Shown here piece after piece: positions 1-10,675 of a stretch of 64,000 bases of DNA (the first letter of the stretch is position 1; every line of letters starts with the position of its first letter). The notes below the pieces were generated by a model that was not told where the DNA came from, did not search any database, and worked only from the letters and a program-made list of their open reading frames with translations. The position numbers were made by a program, and so were the translations under genes. Source of the stretch: Mobula hypostoma (taxonomy: Eukaryota); the NCBI RefSeq assembly GCF_963921235.1, contig NC_086097.1:245894001-245958000 (forward strand). The letters run 5' to 3'.

Positions 1-462
1 TCATTCAGAACAAAAGTCAGGAGGAGGGAACATACTGTATCACTCCTATCCTAACTACTCTGCCTTGGCTTCCTGTATCTTTTAGGACTGATTTTAAAGT
101 TCTCTTACTTGTTTTTAAAGCTCCCAATGCTCTGTGACCGGAGTACATCACCGAATCGTTTTCGTTTTATAATCCTGCTCGGGCTCTCAGGTCTTCTGCC
201 GGTCTCTCAAATTTAAACAGTCTCCCTCAGAAGATAATTGGCAGGTCAGCTTTCTCGAACTCTGCTCCACAACTGTGAAACTCAATACCTAAAGTTAACT
301 ACAAGGGTTGCTGACGCAGTCGACACTTTTAAACATTAGCTCAAAACCTATTTATTTAACCTTGCTTTTAACTGACGTCATTTTGCCTTTTATTTTCATG
401 TTTGTACTTTTATCCCATTGTCTGTATGAAAAGTGCTCCATAAATAAGTTGATATTATTATG
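1..462 (+). mobile_element. L2-clade LINE 3' fragment (degenerate)
   Basis: Translates as ...ITPILTTLPWLPVSFRTDFKVLLLVFKAPNAL*PEYI...YNPARALRSS, matching the L2 ORF2 C-terminus (HITPVLxxLHWLPV..RIDFK). Ends in an ATAAATAAG..(TAT)n tail. Confidence 0.75.
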
Positions 463-726
463 AAATTAGTCACGGTGGAGTTACCACACCATACGGGAGT
501 AGAAGGCAATGGGTCAGAGCTGCCCTATCATTTCGCCTTAATGTCAATCTCCTCTATTTGCCGTATAGATTTAAATATCTCCTCTGATCCATGACTTAGC
601 ACCCACTGAACTCCCGCTGCCACTCTTCACAAGCTATTGTATGAAACGATTCTGCCAATTCTGTGCACAAACAGCTCTCACTGCCATCACTGTTTACGTG
701 TAGGCATATTACTAAGATAGTTTGGG

Positions 727-1381
727 ATTATGATTATGATGATGATTATGAGGTCACACAGTCCCCTTTTACTGTCATTTAGTAATGCATGCATTAAGAA
801 ATGATAAAAATGTTTTTCCAGAATGATATCACGAAAACACATGACAAATTGACTTAAAAACTAACAAAAACCACATAATTATAACATATAGTTACGACAG
901 TGCAAAGCAATACCGTAATTTGATAAGAACAGACCATGGGCACGGTAAAAGTCTCAAAGTCTCTCGAAAATCCCATCATCTCACGCAGACGGTGAACCTC
1001 CAGCTCCGCCAACTTGCCGATGCAGCATCCCGGAAGCATCCAACCACAGTCTGACTCTGAGTCCGTCCGAAAAACTCCGAGCCTCTGAACACCTCTTCGA
1101 CACCGAGCACCGAGCACCATCTCTGCTGAGCGCTTCAACCCCAGCCCCGGCAACAGGCGATACGCAAAGCCGAGGATTTGAGGCCTTCGTCTCCGGAGAT
1201 TCTCGATCGCACAGTAGCAGCAGCAGCGAAGCAGGCATTTCAGAAGTTACTCCAGATGTTCCTCTGCGCTTCTCACAGCTGTCTCCATCAAATCCGGATT
1301 GTGCACGGCCCCTAGTTACACATATCGATATTCATTTGGAACAGCCGCGTGCGCTGCGTCGTGCCGCCATCTTCTCCTCCC
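727..1381 (-). mobile_element. Non-autonomous LINE-derived element (~650 bp)
   Basis: Minus strand starts GGAGGAGAAGATGGCGGCACGACGCAGC (LINE 5' UTR-like, CpG-rich) and ends in a (CATAAT)n tail. No RT coding is recognisable. Confidence 0.55.
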
Positions 1382-1494
1382 ATGCATATTGTTTGTATAT
1401 GCATTTCCAAAATGATGAGCACGTTCTGTTTATTATATTAGACCCTGAAACAGGAAGAGGCCACTGGGCCCCCCAGTACCTGTTCGTTTCTCCA

Positions 1495-1800
1495 AGGATC
1501 ACCTTGCCGTGGTGGAGGGGCTTTTGAGTTTCTGACAATCCAAGCGCCGTCTGGAGCTTAGCTCCTGGGAGGGTCACCTGTGGCAGTAAGGTCAAGGGGG
1601 TTGTTCCAGACAAAGAGTATTCCAATCAACACCTCAGTGGTGGAACCGGTGGAAGATGATGACACCACTGAAGGCGGAGGAAGGCTGCAGCAGAGGAGGG
1701 CCCTCAGTCGTCTTGGATCTGAGGACTGTGTGGTGGCTGCCCGTGTATCAACCTGTCTGTGTGAAACAGAGTCACGCACAGGTGTTCTCCATGAAAGGGA
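1495..1800 (+). mobile_element. RTE 5'UTR-derived non-autonomous repeat
   Basis: Begins CACCTTGCCGTGGTGGAGGGG...GGGAGGGTCACC...GGTCAAGGGG..CCAGACAAAGA, a typical RTE 5' UTR. Related copy at 10229-10640. Confidence 0.6.
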
Positions 1801-1854
1801 ATAACCCCTCGGGTTATTGCCCTACTGCCCGCCCGTCCTGCAATAAGGTCTGAC

Positions 1855-2435
1855 TAGCCTAGCTAGAATTCAAGCGGCAGCTCTATAAAACCCTGGCTAG
1901 CCCACACTTGGACTATTGGGTTCAGTTCTAGTCTCCTCATTACAGTAATGATGTGGAAGCTTTAGAGAGAGTACAGAGGAGATTCAATAGGAAGCTCAAA
2001 CACGAGGAATTCTGCAGATGCAGAAAACTCAAGCAACACACATCAAAGTTGCTGGTGAACGCAGCAGGCCAGGCAGCATCTCTAGGAAGAGGTACAGTTG
2101 ACAATAGGATGCTGTCTGGATTAGAGAGAATGTCTTATGAGGATAGGTTGAATGAGCTAGAGCTTTTCTCTTTGGAGTGAAGGAGGATGAGGGATGACGA
2201 TAGAGGTGTACAAGATGATAAGAGGCATAGGTCGAGTGGACAGCCACAGACCTTTTTCCCAGCGAGGAAACAGTTAATATGAGGGGGGATAATTTTAAGG
2301 TGATTGGATGAAAGTATACAGAGGATGTCTGCGGTAATTTTTTCATGCAGAGAGTGGTAAGTGCGCGGAATGCCCTGCCAGGGTTGGTGGTAAAGGCAGA
2401 TACGTTAAGGGACATTAAAGAGACTCTTAGACAGG
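1855..2435 (+). mobile_element. CR1 LINE 3' fragment interrupted by a PLE fragment
   Basis: Motifs ALERVQRRF and MSYEDRLNELELFSLE. Interrupted at 1993-2101. Confidence 0.85.
1993..2101 (-). mobile_element. Penelope-like terminal-repeat fragment with 8-bp TSD
   Basis: Same subfamily as 48851-49006. Flanked by CAATAGGA at 1985-1992 and 2102-2109. Confidence 0.75.
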
Positions 2436-2597
2436 CTGCTTGTGTTTGAGTGATCGCTCTCTCCCTTGATGCTGTCAGAGGAGCAAGGTTTAATCGATGC
2501 GGTTTATAGATTGAGCATTTTGGATGTCTTCTATTTTCAGGTCACTCTTTTTTTGTTGCTATTTCTGGGCAATTTTTGAATCGGGGTGGCCTGCAAA

Positions 2598-3066
2598 AAC
2601 ATAGAAACATAGAAAACCTACAGCACAATGCAGGCCCTTCAGCCCACAAAGCTGTGCCAAACATGTACTTACCTTAGAACTACCTAGGCTTACCCATAGC
2701 CCTCTATTTTTCTAAGCTCCATGTATCTATCCAGGAGACTCTTAAAAGACCCTATCGTTTCCGCCTCCACCACAGTGGCCAGCAGCCCATTCCACGCACT
2801 CACCACTCTCTGCGTAAAAAAACATCCCCCTGACATCTCTTCTGTACCTACTTCCAAACTATGCCCTCTCGTGTTAGCCATTTCAGCCCTGGGAAAAAGC
2901 CTCTGACTATCCACACGATCAATGCCTCTCATCATCTTATACACCTCTATCAGGTCACCTCTCATCCTCCGTCGCCCCAAGGAGAAAAGGCCGAGTTCAC
3001 TCAACCTATTCTCCTAATGCATGCTACCCAATCCAGGCAACATCCTTGTAAATCTCCTCTGCACCC
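2598..3066 (-). mobile_element. CR1 LINE 3' end
   Basis: ORF 2690-3004 (ELGLFSLGRRRMRGDLIEVYKMMRGIDRVD) with a (TTTCTATG)n tail. Confidence 0.9.
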
Positions 3067-3261
3067 TGAGATAACGAACACTGAGCTGAACTGAATATGC
3101 CTTTTGATTTTGTGTTTTATATTCTGTATTTATTGTTGCTCTTTGTGCAATTTGTTTCTTTTGTGTGTTGGGGGGGGTCGCTGTTTTTCTTTGAATGGGT
3201 TCCATGATTCCTCTTTGTTCCATGGCTGTCTGTGAGAAGACGAATCTCAGAGTTATATGAG

Positions 3262-3665
3262 TCTGCTACTTACTGCCCGGTACACCGCTGGCGTTTAGGG
3301 CAACAATGAAGGTCCTCCATCTCTGTCTGTGTTCAGGGCTTCCTTCATCGTGTCAGTAGCTTAGTTTTCGCTACTGTCGATCATGCAAGTCCCGTGTGGA
3401 GACTCAGGAATACCTTCACACTCAGATGTAGAAGGATTCTTCATTGCTGTTTCTGTCACAGTTTCATTTTATCTGTCAGGGATGTTAGTCTTGAGCTGAA
3501 CCCTCAAACCTGGAGGACCGGTGGACGACTCTTAGTCTGGCCTCTACCCTTTGACCTATTTGGCATGGGTGACCCTACCAGGAGTCAAAGCATAAAATCC
3601 TGACTCCAGCTAACATAGTCCTCCAGGTCATTGAGGCATGCAAGTCTCCAAACCCAATGACAAGG
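3262..3665 (-). mobile_element. Bipartite (5'UTR + 3' end) RTE non-autonomous element
   Basis: 5' part is RTE-UTR-like (GGTAGGGTCACCCATGCC..GGTCAAAGGGTAGAGGCCAGACTAAGAG). The last ~65 nt match the 3' end of the RTE fragment at 61000-61065. Confidence 0.7.
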
Positions 3666-4176
3666 ATACTGCATACATGTATTTTGATGATAAATGTATT
3701 TTGAATCCTTTGAATCATTCGAATGAAAGAAAGTGAAGAGCTATGTGAGTGGGAAGAGTTTGTTGATGTTACGTTGAAGTTGTTGAGGCCTAATTTGGAA
3801 TATTGCATTTTTGTGCTAATTTACTTTTTCTGAGTCGTGTAATATTAGCTAATTAACAACTTAACGACTAAATCTCCACTTGGGTAGAAAATGATAAAGA
3901 TCCACTACTCGCTGAATAGGCAGTGACACTAAAGACGTTTAAGAGACTCTTAGCAAGACCCGTGGATGATAGAAACATGGAGGGCTTTGTGGGAGGGATG
4001 CATTAGATTAAAAAGGTTGGCACAACATTGTGGGCTGAAGGGCCTGTTCTATGCCATACTGTTCTATGCTTTGTGATGAATAGGTAAACGTTTTGAGACC
4101 CCAGTTTCTAGAAATACCAGCCAACTGATACATCAGCCTAAAGCTCATTGAGTTAAGCTCAAAAGAATGAGAGGAA

Positions 4177-4408
4177 GCGGGAGGGAATGTCAACTCAGAC
4201 CATGAGAGGCCTGCATCGGGCATTTTCATGCCTTACAAGGCGCAGATTGGAAGTCTGTGTTGGGGCGCCACTCCTCGCACAGACTCGAGCAATGTGTGAT
4301 TAAGTGCCTTGCTCAAGACAACAAACATGCTGCCACAGCTGAGGCTTGAACTAGCGACCTTGAGATAACTAGACAAATGCCTTAACCACTTGGCCACGTG
4401 CCCAACAC
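4177..4408 (-). mobile_element. tRNA-derived SINE with CORE-like segment, 11-bp TSD
   Basis: Box A TGGCCAAGTGG, box B AGTTCAAGCC and CTTGAGCAAGGCACTTAA. TSD AATGAGAGGAA at 4166-4176 and 4409-4419. Confidence 0.8.
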
Positions 4409-4421
4409 AATGAGAGGAAAC

Positions 4422-4665
4422 TGTAGTGTATTTAATATTTCAGTAACATTAGAGTAATATTATAAATATATTGCTTGATTAAGCATTGTTTGTTTGTTTA
4501 CATAATTTTTTTTGGGTTACATGTAAGAAGTATGTAAATGGTATACATCATTACGCCACCACATCATATGTCAGCACCTCACTAAGAGAGAAACTAAGTG
4601 TAGACGAGTTATCCCGAGCTCCCGTGTTTTTCTTTCGATTAGTTTTGGAGTTACAAAACATAACA
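4422..4665 (+). mobile_element. Short solo-LTR-like repeat (TG...CA, ~244 bp)
   Basis: TG/CA termini. A diverged inverted copy spans 23691-24500. Confidence 0.5.
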
Positions 4666-6592
4666 GGGAGGGTTAGTGACTTTAAATTCCTGAGAGTTTC
4701 TATTTCAGAGGATCTGTCCTGGACTCAGCTTATAAATACAATTGTGAAGAAAGCACAGCAGAGCTTCTACTTCCCCAGGAGTCTGCGGAAATACAGCATG
4801 ACATCAAAAAGTTTGACAAACTTCTATAGATGTGCAGTGGAGAGTATACTGACTAGCTGCATCACAGCCTGGTATGGAAACGTCAATGCCTTAGAACAGA
4901 AAATCCTACAAAAGGTAATGAATTTGGCCCAGTACATCCCAGGTAAAGCCCTTCCAACCAGTGAGAACATCTACATGAAACACTGTCGTAGGAAAGCAGC
5001 ATCCATCATCAGACGTCCTCACCACCCACGCCATGCTCTTTTCGAAGGCTGTGCTTTTTCTTGAAGGAGATCTTCTTTTTCAAATAAAGGGGCTTCCCTT
5101 TCTCCACTATCAACGCTGCCCTCAACTGCATCTCTTCCACTTCATGCACATCTGCTCTTACCCCATCCTCTCACCACTCTACCGGGGTAGGGTTCCTCTT
5201 CTCCTCACCTACCACACCACCAGCCTCCGTGTCCAGCACGTAATTCTCCGGAACTTCTGCTATCTCCAACGGGATCCCACCTCCAAGCACATCTGTCCCT
5301 CCCCACAACCCACTTTCTGATTTCTGCAGGGATTGCTCCCTATGTGACTCCCTTGTCCATTCATCCCTCCCCACTTATCTCCCTCCTGGCATTTATCATT
5401 GCAAGTGGAACAAGTGCTACACCTGCCCCTACACCTCCTCCCTCAGTACCATTCAGGGCCCCAAACAGTCCTTCCAGGTGAGGTAACACTTCACCTGTGA
5501 GTCTGTTGGGGTCATGTACTGTATCCAGTGCTCCCAGTGTGGCCTCCTGTGTATTGGTGAGACCCGGCGTAGATTGGGAGACTGTTTCATTGAGCATCTA
5601 TAGATGTCCGCCAGAAGAAGTGGAATCTTCCAATGGCCACCCATTTTAATTCCACTCCCATTCCATTTCGATATGTCCATCCATGGCCACCTCTTTTGTC
5701 ATGATGAGGCCACACTCAGGTTGGAGGAACAACACCTTATATTCTGTTTGGGTAGCCTCCAACCTGATAGCATGAACATCGATATCTTGAACTCCCAATA
5801 ATGGCCTTCCCCGCCTTCACCATTCCCGATCCTCTCTTCCCTCTGTCACCTTATCTCCTTGCCTGTCCATCACCTCCTTCTGGTGCTCCTCCTCCCTGTT
5901 ACTTTCTTCCATGGCCTCTGTTCTATCCTATCAGACTCCCCCTCCTCCAGCCCTCTATCTCTTTCACCATCAAATTTCTAGTTCTTTACTTCATCCATCC
6001 CCCCACCCCCCCCCCCGGTTTCACCTATCACCTTGTTCTTCTCTCTTCCCCCCCCCCCCCACCTTTAAAATCTAATCCTCACCATTTTTTCTCCAGTCCT
6101 GCTGATGGGTCTCAGCCTGAAACGTCGACTGTAACTTTTTCCATAGATGCTGCCTGGCCTGCTGAGTTCCTCCAGAATTTTGTGGGTGCTGCTTGGATTT
6201 CCAGCATCTGCAGATTTTCTGCAGGATTGTGCTCCTTTCTCACTACTGCTATCAGGTAGAAGGGTCAAGAGCCTTAGGACTCACATCACCAGGTTCAAGA
6301 ACAGCTACCACTCCACAACTAACAGGCTCTTGAACAAAAGTGGCCATCCATTGAGATGTTCCCGCAACCAATGGTCTCACTTAAGGATTCTTTATCTTGT
6401 TATTTCATCTTATCATTTTTGATAGTTGTATTTGCATAGCTTGTTGTCTTCTGCACTCTGGTTGATCTTTCACTGATCCTGTTACAGTTACTATTCTATA
6501 GGTTTGCTGAGTATGCCCACAGGAAAATGAATCTCAGGGTTGTAAGTGGTGACATCTATGTACCCTGATAATAACATTTTACTTTGAACTTC
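4666..6592 (+). mobile_element. Rex1/Babar-like LINE 3' fragment split by a PLE
   Basis: Reads FKFLRVSISEDLSWT..VKKAQQSFYF..NFYRCAVESILTSCITAWYGN in 4666-5045. Resumes ~6226 (LLLSGRR..LRTHITRFKNS) and runs to an ...ACTTTGAACTT tail. Confidence 0.8.
5046..6225 (+). mobile_element. Penelope-like element (GIY-YIG endonuclease region + terminal repeat), defective
   Basis: CKWNKCYTCP Cys cluster, then FTCESVGVMYCIQCSQCGLLCIGETRRRLGDCFIEHL (PLE GIY-YIG, Neptune-like). Terminal repeat has a mutated hammerhead core at 6094-6131. Confidence 0.85.
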
Positions 6593-7254
6593 GAATTTTT
6601 TGTTAGAAACCTGACACAAAAATAGGTCTTGCCGGAAGCACTCGGCAGGTCTGGCAATATCCGTGAAAAGGAAAGCAGTTAATATTTCAGCTGTGGGACC
6701 TTCCATATGTCAGCGATAATAACCATGAAACTGATTCCAGTTCTGGTTTATATTGGTACATGTACTAAGATACAGTGAAAAACTTGTCCACACAGATCAA
6801 TTCATTGCACAGAGCGTTGAGGTAGTATGAGGTAGAATAATTAACTGAATGCACAATTAGTCATTACAGTTACAGACAAAGTGTAGTGCAGACAGAGAAT
6901 ACGGCGCAAGGTCATGATGAAGAAGATAGTGAGGTCAAAAGAGCATCTCTTGATGGTATCCTAAAGGTCCATTCAACAGTTTGATATCAGCAGGTGATAT
7001 GTTGTCCTTGACCTTGGAGAAGAGAGACGAGCAAAATAGTGGGGTATATTTTGTTGTGGCAACATATTCAATCCCACAGTCACTGGGGCTTGCAGCCAGC
7101 ATGACCAGTGCTGGCCAGAGATGGTCCTCGTGGTGGTTTGGATATTCTGAGATTGGATGGGCTCTCATTACAAAGTTATTCATTATTTTCCTTTCACGTG
7201 AGCGCTTGGAGGTGCCCAAATGAAAAGAGAAAATGAAAATGTGACGAAAGAAGA

Positions 7255-7530
7255 GATACAGATTAGCTTTATTTCTCACGTGTACCTTGAAACGTCGGGT
7301 GAAATGAGTCGCTGGTGCCAACGCCCAACACAGCTCGAGGCTGTGCTGGGGGCAGCCCACAAGTGTCACCATGCCCACAGCGCACTAACCGTGGCCCGTA
7401 GTGTACGTGGGAGAAAACCGCAGTGCCTGGAGGTAAACCAGCTGGAAATGGGGAGGGCACACAAACTCCTTATAGGCAGCAGCTGGCACTGAACCCTGAC
7501 GCCTGGCACTGAAACCGCTACGCTACCTTG
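7255..7530 (-). mobile_element. tRNA-derived V/HE1-like SINE
   Basis: Minus strand GGTAGCGTAGCGGTT..GGGTTCAGTGCC..GGAGTTTGTG. Similar to 57590-57910. Confidence 0.65.
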
Positions 7531-8154
7531 TCGTTCCGTTACGCTATCTGATACACAGAGTAGATCAGGCGGCATTTATGTAGAAAGAAACATGAGGAAT
7601 AGTTCAAGTCGATAGACTAGTTTAGTTTTGATTTCCAACATCTGTTATATTTTGACATTTAAATTTCCTCAATAATTGGTGGGCTGGATTCTTTCCATTC
7701 ATTGTTGGATGGAACTTGGTGTTTAACTGAAGCACTGGAAGTTCTCCACTAATCGGAGTGTTGAATGTGCTTTGACAATTAAGGAATGGGACATGCTCCC
7801 ATGACAAAAGGTTTGGATGGGCTCCTGAAATCTGTTTGGATGTATTTCTATCACGGAGAGACTGAAGCTGATGTCTGTACTGATACATTTGATATGTGCC
7901 AATAAGAACACATAAACATAGAACACGACAGCACAGTATAGGCCAATCAGCCCATAGTGTTGTGTTGACCCTTTAACCTCCTCTTTGATCAATCTAACCC
8001 TTCCCTCCCACTCAGCCCTCCATCTTTCTGTCATCCATGTGTCTATTTCAGAGTCTCTTAAATGCCCCTAAGGTATCTACCTCTACCATTAGCCCTGGCA
8101 TTCCACACGCCCACCACTCTCCGTGTAAAAAAAGCTACCTCTGACATTCCCCAA

Positions 8155-8750
8155 GCAACCCACAAAATGCTGGAGGAACTCAACGGGTCAGGTGGCATTT
8201 ATGGAAATGAATAAAGTTGATATCTCAGGCCGAGAGTCTTCTTTCCAGGCTGCAAAGGAAGGGGGAAGATGCCAGAATAAAAGGGTGTGGGGAGAAGAAG
8301 GAGATGGCTAGAAGGTGACAGGTGAAGCCTGGTGGGTAGGAAAGGTAAAAGGAGAAGAAGAGCAGGAGAGGAGCGTGGACCGGAGGAGAAAGAGGAGGAG
8401 GAGGGAGGAGGGGACTCAGGGGCAAGTGATATGCAGGTGAGAAGAGGTAAGAGACCAGAGTGAGACACAGAGGAAGAGGAGAGGGGGAGGGGGGAGAGGG
8501 AGGGGTATGGGGAGAGGGAGAGGGAGGGGGAGGGGGGAGAGGGAGGGGTATGGGGAGAGGGAGAGGGAGGGGGAGGGGGAGGGAAGCAATTTTTTTTACC
8601 AGAAGGAGAAATCGATATTCATGCCATCTGGTTGGAGGCTACCCAGACAGAATATAAGGTGTTGTTCCTCCACCCTGAGGGTGGCCTCATCTTGACACAA
8701 GGAGGCCATGGACTGAACGGGAATGGGAATGGGAATGGGAATTAAAATAT
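8155..8750 (-). mobile_element. Penelope-like 3' fragment with purine-rich expansion
   Basis: Reverse complement of the 5640-6200 type sequence. G/A low-complexity at 8470-8585 and (GGGAAT)n at 8718-8742. Confidence 0.75.
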
Positions 8751-9471
8751 TATCACTTCCCACTCAGCTCGCTATCTATTTCAAGGTCAAAGCATATTGT
8801 CACAGACATCCCCCCTATCCTCCAATCCCCTAATCTCCTTAAAAGGGTGACCCTCCCCCTCCCCACCGTATTAGCCATTTCCATCCTTGGAAAAAGTCCG
8901 CTAGGCCTCTTATCATCTTGTACATCCCCCTCATCCTTTGCTCCAGAGACAAAAGCCACAGCTCGCTCAACCTATTCTCATCGGACATGTTCTCCGATCC
9001 AGCAGCAAAAGCTAAGAATGTGGTTGTGGCTTTATGATCAAGAGATTTAATCTGCACTGATAAAGAAGGGCTGTTTGCGCTCGTATAATAAAAGGACTGG
9101 ATGTAATTTTACAATGAAGCAATTTCATTTCCTGCTCCGATGAAGAATTTGTAATCCAGTAATGATGAGCTAAGAAAATCTGTTACAGCATTGACTGGAT
9201 GCTATGATGTGATATGGGCAATGGCCAATCTCCAAAAACAGGCAGTTTGAAGTTCTACAGACAAAATGTTGCTCCAATAAAGTAAACAGATGCATTGAAA
9301 TATCAGAAATAATGGACACTCTAATGATCGAGGGAATAGACGTGTTGCTCAGATGGACAAAACTAATGGTGTTTCCATATTGAGTGATTTGGACATTCTT
9401 CAGTAGAAGAGCAGTGAACGTGCTCATGTAATGGGAAAATTGTATATAAGACTATAGGAGCATAAGGCATA

Positions 9472-10675
9472 CAGAACTGTGCAAAAGTCTTCGGCACACA
9501 ACTGTGATAAGACTGCTAAACGGATCCTGACCTGGATCTGGGCCGTACCCTCCAAATATCCAGATCTGCATCTCGGGTTTTTTGCACTACCTTACTTTCC
9601 CTTTTCTATTTTCTATTTATGATTTATAATTTAAATTTTTAATATTTACTAATTTTTACTATTTTTAATATTTAATATTTGTAATCCAGGGGGTGGGAAG
9701 CGCAGAATCAAATATCGCTGTGGTGATTGTACATTCTAGTATCAATTGTTTGGCGACAATAAAGTATAAAGTATAGCTCGGGAGCCTGAGATTTTTGCAC
9801 AGTACTGTAGTAATTTTATGTATTGCACTGTACTGCTGCTGGTGCAAAAAAAATTCATGACATATGTGAGGGATGATAAACCTGATTCTCTATTGTGGAC
9901 TGAGAGTGGGAAGGGAGCAGGGAGAGGGGAATCATGGTTGGGAAAGGGGGAAGGGAAGGGTAGGCAGTGGGAAGTAACAGAGGACCATTTTGTTATAATC
10001 AATAAACCAATTGTTTGGAATCAAAGACTTTGCCTGGTATCTCATGACTGCACCAACCCCTGGCCCTCCTTCTCTGTCACTTGACCCACACCCCTCCCAT
10101 GGTGCTCCACTCTCACCATTCCCAACATCTTTTGCTCCCGCCAGGTTTACAAGCTCACTTTCCGCTCCACATTGACAAATACAGTACAGTCTCAGGCACC
10201 CTAGTGTATACTATATATGTCTTCTCCATGGATCGTCACCTTGTCGCGGTGGAGAAGCTTGTGTGGTCCTGAGATCCCGAGAGCAATGCTGTCTGGAGCT
10301 ATGTTCCTGGTAGGGTCACCCATGGTGGTAAGGTCGAGGGTGAGGTCCCTGACAAAGAACAATCCAACCAAGACCTCAACAGTGGAACAGGCGGACGAAG
10401 TTACTTCAAACTCAACGGCTGTGAAGGCGGATGAAGGCTGCAACAAATCCATCAGCTCCAATCGTCCTGGTTTCCATACCACTGGAATCAGTTGGTTGAT
10501 TTGTGAAGTATCGTGTGCTTCTTGGAGTGCAACATCAAGTACACGTTAAACAAATACACGCACAGGCATCTTCACTCTGTGGGCCACTTCAGAACGAAGA
10601 CCATCATCCTCGACCTCAAGGGATAGCCACGAGCAACGACTATAGATGTGCCTAAGGCTTTCACACAGTACAGTA
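9472..10675 (-). mobile_element. Composite Tc1-type MITE-cargo-MITE unit with two secondary retro-insertions
   Basis: MITE halves CAG(T/A)ACTGTGCAAAAGTCTT..GCAC and GCCT(A/G)AG..TTT..CACAGTAC. Cargo 9810-10178 is homologous to 19381-19796 and 28802-29067. Confidence 0.65.
10229..10640 (+). mobile_element. RTE 5'UTR-derived non-autonomous repeat
   Basis: CGTCACCTTGTCGCGGTGGAG...GGTAGGGTCACCCATGG..GGTCGAGGGTGAGGTCCCTGACAAAGA. Inserted in the TA-rich MITE centre. Confidence 0.65.

Noticed and set aside
8460..8695. Gly/Arg/Glu-rich ORFs
   Set aside because: Translation of a purine low-complexity expansion inside a PLE.
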